Assembly (NCBI RefSeq): GCF_009914755.1
Contig: NC_060947.1
Length of the DNA: 64,000 nt
From: the human T2T-CHM13v2.0 reference genome, Homo sapiens
Reading direction: 5' to 3' (one strand)
Shown: positions 51,528-64,000 of the stretch, in pieces
Numbering within the stretch: position 1 is the first letter of the stretch
How the letters are laid out: the number at the start of each line of letters is the position of its first letter
Made by a program: the position numbers and the translations under genes
Notes under the pieces: model-generated
What the model was told of the DNA's origin: nothing
The model's input: the letters and a program-made list of their open reading frames with translations, nothing else
Databases searched by the model: none

Positions 51528-52205
51528 TAATTCTTTCTGCTGCTTGATCAAGTCTGCTGTTAAGAGACTGAAGCATTCTTCAGTATGTTGATTGTGTTTT
51601 TCAGCTCCAGAATTTCTTCTTGATTCCTTTAAATTATTTCAATGTCTTTGTGAAATTTATCAGATAAAATTCTGAAGTCCTTCTGTTATCTTGAATTTCT
51701 TTGAGTTTCCTCAACACAGCTATTTTGAATTCTCTGTTTGAAAGGTCAGATATCTGTTTCTCCAGGATTGGTCCCTGATGCCTTATTTAGTTCACTTGGT
51801 GGGGTCACGTTTTCTTGGACAGCCTTGATACTTGTTGATGTTCGTCAGTATCTGGGAGTTGAAGAATTAGGTATTTATTGTAGTCTTTGCAGTCTGGGCT
51901 TGTTTATACCTGTCCTTCTTGGGAAGGTTTTTCAAGTATTTGAAGGGACTTGAATATTGTGGTCTAAGTCTCTGGTCACTGCAACCATAGCTGCATTTGT
52001 GGTCCCCTAAGCCCAGTAATGCTGTGGCTTTTGAAGACTCACAGAGGTACCATCTTGGTGTTCTTGAGTAAGATTTGGTAGAATTCTTTGCATTACATGG
52101 AAGAGACTTTTGTTCTCTTCCCTTCCTTTCTCTGAAATAAATGGAGTCTCACTCTCTGTGCTGAGCTGTCTGGAGCTGGGAGAGGGGTAACACAAGCATC
52201 TCTGT

Positions 52206-52935
52206 TGAGAGACAGGAATAGCTGGATTTCCTAGGCTGACTAAGAATCCCTAAGCCTAGCTGGGAAGTTGACCGCATCCACCTTTAAACATGGGGCTTGC
52301 AACTTAGCTCACACCCAACCAATCATGTAGTAAAGAGAGCTCACTAAAATGTGAATTAGGCAAAAACAGGAGGTAAAGAAATAGCCAATCATCTATCGCC
52401 TGAGAGCACAGGAGGAGGGACAATGATCGGGATATAAACTCAGAGATTCAAGCTGGCAACGGCAACCCCCTTTGGATCCCCTCCCATTTTATGGGAGCTC
52501 TGTTTTCACTCTATTAAATCTTGCAACTGCACACTCTTCTGGTCTGTGTTTGTTATGGCTCGAGCTGAGCTTTCACTCGCGGTCCACCACTGTGTTTGCC
52601 ACCGTTGCAGACCCACCACTGACTTCCACCCCTCCAGATCCAGCAGGGTGTCCACTGCACTTCTGATCCAGTGAGGCAGCTCCCATTGCCGCTCCCGATC
52701 AGGCTGGAGGCTCGCCATTGGTCCTGCATGGGCTAAGTGCTCAGGGTTCGTCCTAACTGAGCTGAATGGAGCTATAACACTCACCGCATGGCCCAAGATT
52801 CCATTCCTTGGAATCTGTGAGGCCAAGAACCCCAGGTCAAAGAACAAGAGGCTTGCCGCCATCTTGGAAGCAGCCTGTCACCATCTTGGGAGCTCTAAGA
52901 ACAAGGACCCCCCCTCCCCCCCCGCCCCCGTAACA
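52206..52935 (+). mobile_element. HERV-W solo LTR (LTR17), complete U3-R-U5
   Basis: Starts tgagagacaggaatagctggatttcctagg; two CCAAT boxes; TATAAA at about 52434; ATTAAA at about 52513; ends taaca; TSD CTGT on both sides. Confidence 0.93.
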
Positions 52936-53245
52936 CTGTGACTACCACCACTGGGACAGCATTGGGTCAGACCCAAAGCCAGCACAGCACTGGGTCTTGT
53001 GCAAGGCCCATGGTGACCACTTCCTGGTTACCACCTATGTTCACCCTAGGCCCAAGGGCTCTACAATCAGCAGGTGGTGAATCCAGCCAAGCTTGTGTCC
53101 TTTCCTTCAGGGTGGTGAGTTCCCTCTAGCCTTGGGTGGGCCAGAAGATGCCATCTGGGAGCCAAGGACTGGAGTTTGGAAACTTAAGAATATACTTAGT
53201 GCTCTATTCTACTGTGGCTGAGCTGGCATCCAAGCTGCCAGACAA

Positions 53246-54246
53246 AAATAAATGGGACTTAATTAAACAAAAGCTTCTGCATAGCAAAAGAAATAATTAG
53301 CAGAGTAAACAGACAACCCACAGAGTGGGAGAAAATATTCACAAACTATGCATCCAACAAAGAATTAATACCCAGAATCTTTATGGGACTCAAACAGATT
53401 GGCAAAATAATAATAATAATAATTATCCCATAAAAAAGTGGGCAAAGGAAATGAATAGAAAATTCTCAAAAGAGGATATACAAACAGCCAACAAACATAT
53501 GAAAAAAAAATGCTCGACATCACTAATTATCAGGGAAATGCAAATTAAAACCACAATGAGATACCACCTTATTGCTACAAGAATGGCCATAATTAAAAAG
53601 TCAAAAAATAATAGGTGCTGGTGTGGATGTGGAGAAGAGAACACTTTTACACTGCTGGTGGGAATGTAAACTAGTACAACCAATGGGAAAACAGTATGAA
53701 GATTCCTTAAAGAACTAAAAATAGAACTAACATTTAATCCAGTAATCCCACTACTGGGTATCTACCCAAAGGAAAAGAAGTCATTATATGAAAAAGACAC
53801 ACACATGCATGTTTATAGAAGCACAATTCACAGTTGCAAAAATATGCAACCAACTTAAGTGCCCATCAACCAACAAGTAGATAAAGAAAATGTGGCATAT
53901 GGAATCATACTCAGACATAAAAAAGAATGAAATAGTGTCTTTGGCAGCAACTTGAATGGAGGCCATTATTCTAAGTGAAGAAACTCAGGAATGGAAAATC
54001 AAATATCATATGTTCTTACTTATAAGTAGGAACTAAGCTATAAGGACACAAAGGCATAAGAATGATATAATGGACATTGGGGACATTGGGGACTGGGTGG
54101 GGAGGGCACGAGGGATAAAAGACTACATGTTGGGCACAGTGTACACTGCTTGTGTGACAGGTGCATCAAAATCTCAGAACTCACCACTAAAGAACTTTTC
54201 CATGTAACCAAAAACCACCTGTACCCCAAAAACTTTTTTAAAAAAC
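53246..54246 (+). mobile_element. 5'-truncated L1 (L1PB-like) 3' end
   Basis: ORF 53325..53669 is the L1 ORF2 C-terminus ([22 protein letters not shown]), followed by 3'UTR and a short A-tail. Confidence 0.9.
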
Positions 54247-54262
54247 CCCAACAGAGCATTTC

Positions 54263-54653
54263 TGTATTGGTCAGTTCTTGCATTGTTATAAAGAAATACC
54301 TGAGACTGGGTAATTTATAAAGAAAAGAGGTTTAACTGGCTTATGTTTCCACAGGCTGTAAAGAAAGCGTGATAGCTTCTGGGGAGTCTCAGGAAACTTA
54401 TAATCATGGCAGAAGGCAAAAGAGAAGCAGGCACATCTTACATGACCAGAGCAGGAGGACGAGACAGAGAAGGGGGAGGTGCTACACACTTTTAAACAAC
54501 CACCTCTCATGAGAACTCACTCACTATCATAAGAACAACAAGGGGAAAATCTGCCCCCATGATCCAATCCCCTCCCACCAGTCCCCTCCTCCAACATTGG
54601 GGATTACAATTCCACATGAGATTTGGGCAGGGACACAGATCCAAACCATATCA
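54263..54653 (-). mobile_element. MSTA-like MaLR solo LTR
   Basis: Runs from tgtattggtcagttc to ccaaaccatatca, with a 5-bp TSD-like atttc/atttt. Confidence 0.85.
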
Positions 54654-55110
54654 ATTTTCAACTGAAACAAAAAGACCGTCTTTCCTACCCTCTTCAGTGC
54701 CTCTTTCCATGATATGATGTTAAAACCAGGCACTGTGATCACTCATCTTATTTTTGGTTCTTATGAAGGTCCTTTGTTGTGTGTGGATAGTTGTTCAATT
54801 TGGTGTTCCTGCAGGATGGACAATAATTGGAAGCTTCTACTCAGCCATCTTGCCCTACCTCCCCTCCTCAAGGGCTGTTTTTGAGCACCTGCTTGCCAGT
54901 CCTTTTATGAGGCATTGGGGTTAGAGTTGTGAATGAGACTAAAATGGTCCCTGTCCTTCATAGTCCTTATAGACTATAAAGTCTAGACTCCAGACAAATA
55001 AAAGCCTGGGCTTCCATTCAGGCCATCTCTATGGGCAGGTGCTGTGTATTGAGATACAAACATGAATGAAAGCTTTTCCTAGCCTTTTAGGAGCTTCCCC
55101 TGGAGGGAGG

Positions 55111-55597
55111 TGATAAAGAGTCTCTCTCCTTGTCCAAACTCTACTCAGGCTCCTTTGAACTTTCTTCTCATTGAGGCCCTTACTGTTAGGCTTCTGTGTT
55201 TGTCTCTGCATAGTCTAATTTTGTCCAGGATCATGGTAAGTAAATTTAGCCAGAATTCCCCATTCTTGATATCCAATCATCCTTGCTATCTGATCGGGTT
55301 CCTCATTCTCCACCATCCCCCAGGTGATGTCTGATCCCCCTGGCTTGTCTTCAGCAAGAATCCTGTTAGGTCAGTTTAACCAGAATCTTCCCTTACCCTT
55401 GATATCTCCTTTTAGTAATTTTTCATTTACTGGCCCCCCACGCCACCCGTTGGGTATAAATTCTGACTTTTCCTTGTTGTATTCAGAGTTACATCCAACC
55501 CTTCTCCCCTACTGCAAAACTCCATTGTAGTGGTCCCCCTGGATAAAGTCTGTCTTACCATCTTTAACAAGTGTCATGAATAATTTTTTGTTTAACA
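55111..55597 (+). mobile_element. MER31-like solo LTR
   Basis: TG..CA ends flanked by a GGAGG duplication. Confidence 0.78.
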
Positions 55598-56046
55598 GGA
55601 GGCAGACCCAGACTGACAGATGGTTTTATTATATTAGGATAACATATTAAAGAAATATATAAGAAACAGATATATATATAGATATAGATACATAGATATA
55701 TATAATTTTTAGACCCAACTCATAAAGGAGGTGATGCTTAAGATTGATAAGTGGAAAAGTAAAAAAAGAATGGAAAGCATATTCTAAAGGGCAAGTCATA
55801 AAAAGACTTGGAGGAAAGAAACAGCAGAGTGTGTGGGGAGAAATATAAAAATTCCAGGATAATCGTTAAAATAAATCACACAGCAGGAAGTTTCTGGAGA
55901 CGGTACTGAGAAGCAGGGAATGCAAAGCCCTGGCAGTTCTTGTGTGCCAGGCTTAGGCTTTCACTTGTAGGCAATGAAGAGTTCTCATCACAGGAGTGAC
56001 CAGATTCCAGGTTAGCATGGTGGATGAGTTATTCTGGCTATACTGT

Positions 56047-56458
56047 TGTGGACAAAAAGAGTCAAACTCTGCCCTTAGAGACAATAGATGACAAAATTTT
56101 CCTATTCAGATCTTTAAAAGGTGCTAAACTTGTAGTTAATCTCTTCAGGATTGGAAGGGCCTGGAAGAAAAAGAGCTAGCTATGTTAATAGAGATTCTTT
56201 ACAGATGCAAATTTTCCGCCACAAAGGACAGCTTTGCAGGGCCATTTCAAGATATGGAAAAGAAACGTTTTGTGGTAAAATTTTGTATTTTCTTCCTTGT
56301 CTCATAATGTTATACCAGAGTCAGGTTGGAAAGTAAGTCACAATATGTAGGGTTAAATAAAACCCATCTGATGAGAATTTATGGTTTGTAGGGCATGATT
56401 CCCCAGGGTCCTTAGATAGGAATTTGGGCAAGATAAAAAAATCAGAGCTTAGTCCTCA
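56047..56458 (-). mobile_element. Internally deleted MER4-family solo LTR
   Basis: Closely similar to both ends of 45024-45818; TSD CTGT. Confidence 0.82.
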
Positions 56459-56483
56459 CTGTGCAGGAGGAATTTAAAGGAAA

Positions 56484-58770
56484 TGTGTTGGTTATCCTTT
56501 CTGTACTCCCCCAAACCAATTTTCTGCTCTTTCTTTGCCTTGCTCCCTGCCCAAAAGGCTAACCCCCTAACAGGCTGCATCATGTGGGCTTTCAGATTTC
56601 TGGTTGTCTACAGTTGTATAACAAACCACCTCAAACTTAATGACATAAAGCAACATAACTGAAACTGCCTTTGCAAAGTTACGACTGAGACAATGAAAGA
56701 GATTTAACTTAACTGACTCCATCTAGCTTCTAACCTCCAAGCTGCCCTTGTTCATTCCTAGGTGTAGGCAGAACTAACTTTGGGAGGAACTTGTTTATAG
56801 TTTATAGCTTAAACAAAGACAGTAACAGCCCTTTCTCAAAGCAGACCTCCTTCTTGCCTGGGGACTAGACTGCCTCTGTAGGACTAACATTAGCTACAAG
56901 ATTATAAATTATGGTTTAGGAGTCATGCAGCTGGAGGCTACAAGATTCTGACCCTCCCTAAACTGCTCCTAAGATCAGTGCTGGAGATATTTTGTAGACC
57001 CTGCACTTGGTGGATCAGCTGGCGCCACCCAGATCAATAAACTGGCTCATCTGATCTTGTGGCCCACATCCAGGAACTGACTGAGCACAAGAAGACAGCT
57101 TCAATTCCCTATGATTTCATCTCTGATCAATCAGCACTCCTGGCTCACTGGCTTCCCCCCACCCACCAAGTTGTCCTTAAAAACTCTGCTCCCTGAATGC
57201 TTGGAGAGACTGATTTGGGTAATAATAAAACTATGGTCTGCTGCACAGCTGGCTCTGCATGAATTACTCTTTCTCTATTGCAATTCCCCTGTCTTGGTGA
57301 ATCAGCTCTGTCTAGGCAGTGGGCTAGGTGAACCCCTTGGGCAGTTACATAACCATTTATTATTATGATCTCTCACAGATCTGGGGGTTGACTGGGCTTA
57401 GCTAGGCAGTTCTCAGTTGAGAGTCTCTCATGAGGTTACAGTCAGACAGCAGCTGGGGCTGGCATCATCCTGAAGGTATTCTCACTCACTTGTCTGGTGT
57501 TTGATGCTGGCTGTCAGCAATCACCTGAAGGATACTAGAATATGCCACCCCAAAATATGCCTCTTTGGCACATGAATTATTTTGAGCTAAAGGCCATTGA
57601 GAACTAACAGATGCAAGAAAATCTCTAGAAATGGCACAAGTTTTTCTTTTGTAAAGGCAATTTACATTTATAAGAGAAGTTTCTATTTGTGAAAGGTGCC
57701 TCCCTCTCCCATACCAGGAAGAGGAGGATTCTTAACTCTTATCAACGGAGAATGTAGACTTAAATCTGCATTACTAACCTTACTGAACAACCCTTGTTTA
57801 CTCTACTTTTCCTGGTCATCTTTCCATAACTTGCCTCCCTTGCCCAGAAGCCCCAAACCCCTTTTCCTTTGTTTTAGCCTAAGATGGTATATAAATCCAG
57901 GCTCTAACCACCACTTTGGGTTACTCATTGCTGGGTAGTCCCATGTGTACATGTGCAATGCATATGTTAATAAAAACTTCTATTTGTTTTTCTCTTGTCA
58001 GTCTATTATTGGCGAACGTGATTTACAGGGCCCCATCTGGAGAACCTAAGATACATAGAGGAAAGGATTATTTTTCTCCCCTACAGACCTCTGCAGGGGC
58101 TTTTGGCCAGAATACTTACTTACACATGTCCTCTCCAAGTGGCTTAGGCTTCCTCATGGCTGTGTTCCAAAGGCAAGCATCCCGAAAGTGAGAGCCAGGC
58201 AGAAGCTGTATTGTCTTTTATGGATTAGCCTTAATATTCATGTAGCATTACTTCCACTACATTCTATTTGTTAGAGATGAGTCCTTAAGTCTGGCCTATA
58301 TTTAAGTGGAGGAGAATTAGACTGCACCCCTTGATGAAAGCAATGTAAAAGAATTTGAAGGCATGTTTTAAAACCACTATTCCTCTAACTTCAGGTTGAA
58401 TTTGGACCATGTGTGTGTGTGGTGAGGGGAAGGGTGGGGTGGGAGGAAGTGGGCCCCAGCAAATCAGAGTGTGGTTAGCAAGAAATTTTGTGGATATTTA
58501 TCCATCCCTCCCTCCTTCCCTGCCTGGCTGTGGTTCCATCAGTGGCTGTAGTTCCTTATAGCCTACGGCTCCTATCTGGTGACCCCTCTTCTACTGTTCC
58601 AGTTGTAGTCCCTGGGTTCTACTAATACAACTTCCTCCCCTTGCCCCTCACATCTAGGGATGGTAATGGCTTCTTCATGTTGCTATTCCCCAAGTGTCTT
58701 ATCATCGGTTTCTTTAACTCTGCCAAAACCTTTGGGAATGGCTCATTAATTCAGCTCTTTAAATTTGAAC
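56484..58770. mobile_element. Nested cluster: LTR33-like, containing MLT1-like, containing LTR8 and a MER39/34-like LTR (57526-58085)
   Basis: The split MLT1 and LTR33-like pieces resume after the inserts. Confidence 0.6.
56660..57349 (+). mobile_element. LTR8-family solo LTR
   Basis: Runs from tgaaactgcctttgcaaa to gggcagttaca; TSD TAAC. Confidence 0.88.
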
Positions 58771-58857
58771 ACATTAACCATCTTTTTTTATTGTCATGAA
58801 GCTGACTAAATCAAGGGACCAAAACGGAGGCAGAGAAACTAGTTGGGAGTGAGTTAT

Positions 58858-60842
58858 TGTTAAAGAAGACAGAATCTTTCTAACCCAAACTCACTATGCC
58901 AAAGTGAAAGTTAAGCTTGGGAACTGAGTCATGCAATACTGCCTTCCTCTCGCTCCGTCACCCAGGCTGGAGTGCAGTGGTGCAATCTTGGCTCACTGAA
59001 ACCTCTGCCTCCCAGGTTCAAGTGATTCTCCTGCCTCAGCCTCCCGAGTAGCTGGGACTACAGCTGGGACTACAGGTGTGTGCCACCATGCTTGGCTAAT
59101 TTTTTTGTGTTCTTATTAGAGACAGGGTTTCACTATGTTGGCCAGGATGGTCTTGAACCCCTGACCTCAGGTGATCTTCCCACTTCAGCCTCCCGCAGTG
59201 TTGAGATTACAGGCGTGAGCCACCGCGCCTGGCCAATACTGCCTTCCTTTTGTTCCCAAACAGATAGCTGTAATTTTACAATCCTGTGTCATAGTGTAAC
59301 TGCCCAGTGGGTTCACCTTGCCTGCTGCCTCGACAGAACCGATTTATCGAGAGAGGGGAATTGCAATAAAGAAAGAGTAATTCACACAGAGCTGGCTGTA
59401 CGAGAGATTGGAGTTTTATTATTACTTGAATCAGTTTCCCCAGACATTTGGGGAGCAGAGGTGTTTGTTTGTTTTTTTTTTTTTTTTGAGACGGGGTCTT
59501 GCTCTATCACCCAGGCTGGAGTGCAGTGGCATGATCTCGGCTCACTTCAACCTCTGCCTCCTGGGTTCAAGTAATTCTCTTGCCTCAGCCTCCCAAGTAG
59601 CTGGGATTATAGGTGCCTGCCACCATGCCCGGCTAATTTTTGTATTTTTAGTAGAGATGGGGTTTCACCATGTTGGCCAGGCTGGTCTTGAACTCCCGAC
59701 CTCAAGTAATCCACCCACCTCAGCCTCCCAAAGGGCTGGAATTACAGGAGTGAGTCACTGTGCCCGGCCTGGGGAGCAGTTTTTAAGGAAAACTTGGTGG
59801 GTGGGGGGAAGCCAGTGAGCTAGGAGTACTGATTGGTCAGGGATGAAATCATATGGAATCAAACCTGTCTTCTTGCACAGAGTCAGTTCCCAGTTGGGGG
59901 CCACAAGATCAGATGAGTCTCTTTATCAATCTGGGTGATGCCAGCTGATCCATCAAGTGCTGGGTCTCCAGCACTGATCTTAGGAGCAGTTTAGGGAAGG
60001 TCAGAATCTTGTAGCCTCCAGCTGCATGACTCCTAAACCATAACTTCCAATCTTGTCGCTAATTTGTTAGTCCTGCAAAGGCAGTCTAGTCCCCAGGCAA
60101 GAAGGAGGTTTCTTTTGGGAAAAGGCTTTGTTTTAAATTATAAACTATAAACTAAGTTCCTTCCAAAGTTAGTTCAGCGTATGCCCAGGAAGGAACAAGG
60201 ACAGCTTAAGGGTTAGAAGCAAGATGGAGTCAGTTAGGTTAGATCTCTTTCGGTGTCTCGGTCATAATTTTGCAAAGGTGATTTTAATAGCCTCATCTCT
60301 AAGGCAGGTTCCCACAGTGACAGAAGGCCACATATCCTCCCAAATGGCCTCCCTCACAAATTGCTCACAAGGGATTTCCTTGTGAGCTCTTAAATCTTTC
60401 AGGATACCTGTCTCTCTTATAAACTAGCCCTTAAACTAAGTTGTGTTGAATTTCACCCTGACAATGTCAATTACCAGCTTATCGTCACAAGTACAGGACA
60501 AGGACAAGACCAGAAATCATCCCTCCACCTACCCTGAGACAAAAGCGTAATTGACTTTTTCCTCTACTCCCTCTTTTCGCATGCCAAATGTAGACTTACT
60601 GAGTGCTAATCAGAGCCTCACAAGCATGTAACTGTTTCCCTCGCTGCCTAACTTCCCTCTCTTTTCCTCCCTCTTGCTTGCTCTTTCCTCTTCAAATACT
60701 GAATTTCTCAAAACTGTCTTTGGAAAAGCACAGGTCACAGATGCTCCTGTGTCCTGTGTATTGCCCAGGCATACCCTCAAACTTTGTTTAAATACACCTC
60801 TATTGATTGAGACAGCTGTCTCAGTAACTTTTTGGTTAATGT
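58858..60842 (+). mobile_element. ERV1 (MER4-group) LTR interrupted by an Alu (about 58950-59233) and an LTR8
   Basis: LTR-like sequence resumes after the inserts; the Alu is flanked by the duplication aatactgccttcct. Confidence 0.6.
59295..60286 (-). mobile_element. Antisense LTR8-family solo LTR containing an Alu (about 59471-59769)
   Basis: Reverse complement of 56660-57349; TSD ATAG. Confidence 0.86.
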
Positions 60843-61384
60843 CTTAAAAGTATAAGACAGAGATGATAAGGGCCTGAAAATAGTAGATGGATTCTAGATG
60901 GATTATTAAGAGAAAATTTGCAAAACTTTTTGGCAGATCATAGATTATGGGAGTAGTTACCATAGATCAAATCTATAAGAGGTCAATTTCAGAAGGAGCA
61001 GATAGAAGATTGGGACAGACCAGGCAGTTACCAGAGATCCAGTGGGGTATAGGTCAATCTTTTGTAGGTCACAGGGCAGAGCTAATGACCCCAGGAGCTA
61101 GGAATGCCCACATGAGAACTGATCCTAATACAGAAGTTGTTTAGCTCAGTCTTGTCTACTTGTTAGAGTTGAATGAATTCAACTAAATCACACAAAAATG
61201 CTCTGAATATTACAAAGCACTATACATGTATGAAAGTCAATGGGAGTTAGTGTTATAACTATAATAATTATACTTTTCGCTGGGTATTTGTATACCTAGA
61301 TTAGTACATTTGATCATATACAGAAGAGAATCTGAGCTCAATTGAAGAAGTGATAGAAATGGTATTTCCCCATGTTTTACAGCT

Positions 61385-61820
61385 GGGATGTGGTTTGTTT
61401 GTCCCCAGAAAATCTCATATTGAAATGTGATCCCTAGTGTGGCAGTGTTGGGAGGTGGGGCCTAGTGGGAGGTATTTGGGTCATGGGGGTGGATCCCTTA
61501 TGAGTGGCTTGGTGCCATTTTCGAGGTAGTGAGTGAATTCTCATTCTTGTGAGACTGGATTGACTTTTGCGGGGAATGGGTTATTATAAAGCCAGAATAC
61601 CTCTTGGGTTTGGTCACCCCTCTTCACATGTGCCCACTTCTTCTTTGACCTTCTCTGCCGTGTTTTGATGCAGCAGAAAAGCCCTCACCAGAAGTCAAGC
61701 AAATGCTGGCACCGCACTTCCTGTACAGCTTGCAGAACCATGAGCTAAGTAAAACCTTTTTCTTTATAAATTACCCAGCCTCAGGTATTTTGCTATAGTA
61801 ACACAAAATGGATTAAGACA
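61385..61820 (+). mobile_element. MSTB-like MaLR solo LTR
   Basis: Motifs tggtttgtttgtcccc, ataaattacccagcctcaggtatt and ggattaagaca. Confidence 0.82.
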
Positions 61821-62234
61821 CCATGACTCTTCTGGTTAAACTGGAGAGACTCTAATTAAGCTCCTCTCTTTCTCACAAATGCTCATTATTTTGTCTCTGT
61901 CTACGCATTGTCACTACTTAGTGTTCTTTACCTTTAAAAAAGTTCACAATAACACAGATGATCCTCTACAGTCATGTTAGTGCCCTTGCAATTTCCAAAT
62001 CTCATTCTGTGGGGTGGATGCTGCCTCTGAATGATGGTGACTAAGCAATTTGACAGGGTGCTGTCAAAGGCAAACCACAATTGGACAGTAATTAAAGTGG
62101 CAAGAACAAATTTTATTCAGGACTATTGCAATAGGAGACCTCATATAGAACTGAGCTCAACTTTGAATACATTGATCAGTTCTAAGAGCCTTTTGGAGGA
62201 GTCTTACGGTTTTCTAGGTATATGATCATATAAT

Positions 62235-64000
62235 TGACAGCAGTCACAGGCTGTTCAAAGCAGCCACTGCTGTCACTCCAGCTGCAGTGGGGTGGTGTGG
62301 GTGGTGGCAGTGGGAGTGGCTGCGGGAGCAGCAGTGGTGGTGATGGGACCTCTGCGTCCCATGTCCCCTGTGCCCCATGTCCCCGAGGCAGCTGACTACA
62401 CTGCCCTTACCCTCACAAAGCCAGGAGGGGCCCACTCCCAGGCCCAGAGCCTCCTCTGCTCTGGACCCTGGCCCCATGTGACTGCTCTTGCTCACCACCA
62501 CTGTGGGGAGGGTGTGGCAGGGAGGCCGACAGTACCTGGAACCCACCACCCTAGGGGCCATTGTGATGGTGCTCGGCCAAGCTGCCTGCCAGCTGCAGAA
62601 CAGTGTGGTCGGACATGGAGGAGCGGCCAGAGCGGGGCCCACTGAGGACCTGGAGCCCCTCCCCACCACAGCTGCAAGGAGGCATGGCCGGGGCTGTGTG
62701 CTCCTTGGAGCTGGTGGGAGGCAGGGACAATCAGGAACCCTGCTGTTTCTGAGTTGGCAGGGTGGGAACTCCCTGGTGCAGCTGCAGCTGCCCTGCCACA
62801 GCTGCGGATGCAGGCATCTATGCACTCTTGGGAGCCTGGGAAGACCCTCTACCACACTGCAGGCTCAGAAGTGCCTGCTCCTGCTGCCTGGCTTCTCCCC
62901 ACTGTCAGTGCCAGCTCCAATTCAGAGCAAAGTCAGGGCCAAGCCTGGGTGCTGTTGCAGCCCAGCCGGGTGTGCACACAGCCAGGGGCAGCACTGACAT
63001 GCCAGCCCCCTGCTGCCTCTGCCCCCTCCAAACTTTGGGTGCTGACAAGCATGGGAGGGAGGCTGAGGGGGTGCTGAGGACAGTCCAGTGCTTGTCTGCA
63101 GGTGCCCCTTGGCATGAATAGCCTGGGTGCCTGAACAGCGGCAGGAGGCAGACAGACTTCTGGGTGGAAGGGGTTGGGCCCCTGGTGAAGCCCCACCTTC
63201 AATCCAGGGAAGTCCTGAAGCCTGGGGACTGGGCCGCCAGTCCCGCCGACTGGAGGGAGAACTTGTGGTGCTTTTCCCTGGGCCCACCCATGGCTGCCCA
63301 TGGACCAGTCAGCATGCACATCCTCCTCTCTGAAGCACACAAAAACCCTGGACTCAGCCATACTCAAGCAGAGGACAGAAGACAGAGAAATGATGGGGAG
63401 ATGACAGGATGACCAGCTGCAAAGAGGAGCTACCCCCTCTGCTGAGAGCTGAGCACTTGTTGGGGCACCCTAGCTATGGAGAGGAACTGCTTACTATGGA
63501 GAGGAACTGCCCACTATGGGTCTTCTCTGAGCTATTCTATTGCTCAATAAAGTGTCTCTTCGTCTTGCTCACCCTCCACTTGTCTGCATATCTCATTCTT
63601 CCTGGACACAGGACAAGAACACAGGACCCAGGAAATGGCAGGGCTGAAAGAGCTGTAATACAAACAGGGCTGAAACACATCCCTTGCTCACCACATTGCG
63701 GGTGACAAGGAGGAGAGAAGAGAGGAGCGAAGGGGAGAAGACCTGTAGCCCTCTGGGGAACCCAGACCTGGGAGCTCCCTGAGTCAGGGCTGTGACTCTT
63801 CTTTGGGGCCCTGTGGTTCCTGGAGTCTCCAAGCATCTGAGTACCACTCCGTTCCCCGGTGCCAGCTGTGGAAGCTGCTTGCAATGCGCCTAGTCCAGCT
63901 GCAGCCTCACAGTGAGCCAGTACCCATGCTGGCACCTAGAGCTGCCTGCCCCGCTGCAGTAGCTGACGTGTCTCACTGTGTGCAGTGGCTGGACCCCACG
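62235..64000 (+). mobile_element. Long GC-rich ERV1 LTR (MER52-like), running off the window end
   Basis: GC-rich but CpG-depleted; carries ggctgcccatggaccagtcagcatgcac and ctcaataaag motifs of MER52/LTR27-28 type; explains the overlapping ORFs here. Confidence 0.8.

Noticed and set aside
62244-63935. Cluster of 100-200 aa overlapping ORFs
   Set aside because: They lie inside a GC-rich MER52-like LTR where stops are rare, and show no recognisable domain or gag/pol/env motif.

Overview
Primate, almost certainly human, genomic DNA matching the Xp11.23 interval next to the GAGE cluster. It holds two recognisable genes, both on the minus strand. (1) A disabled processed SALL1 pseudogene (SALL1P1, about 1-4520) is fused at its 5' end directly to a 3'-truncated Alu. 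(2) The complete six-exon cancer-testis gene PAGE1 (about 23283-31850) has five coding exons with GT-AG borders that splice into a 146-aa protein. The rest is mostly Alu, L1, L2/MIR, DNA-transposon and solo-LTR sequence (including a full HERV-W LTR17, LTR8, MER4, MER31, MST and MER52) plus several microsatellites. Most other ORFs in the track are repeat-derived artefacts. I found no evidence for a wholly new biological system. The best leads are fine-scale evolutionary features: an apparent Alu-SALL1 chimeric retrocopy, in-frame shifts of both splice sites of PAGE1 intron 2, an L1-derived PAGE1 poly(A) signal, about 530-bp direct repeats bracketing PAGE1, an Alu-bounded exon duplication, and a 640-bp microsatellite at the PAGE1 exon 5 splice acceptor. 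Gene and repeat-subfamily names come from recalled sequences, not database searches, and most repeat boundaries are approximate.
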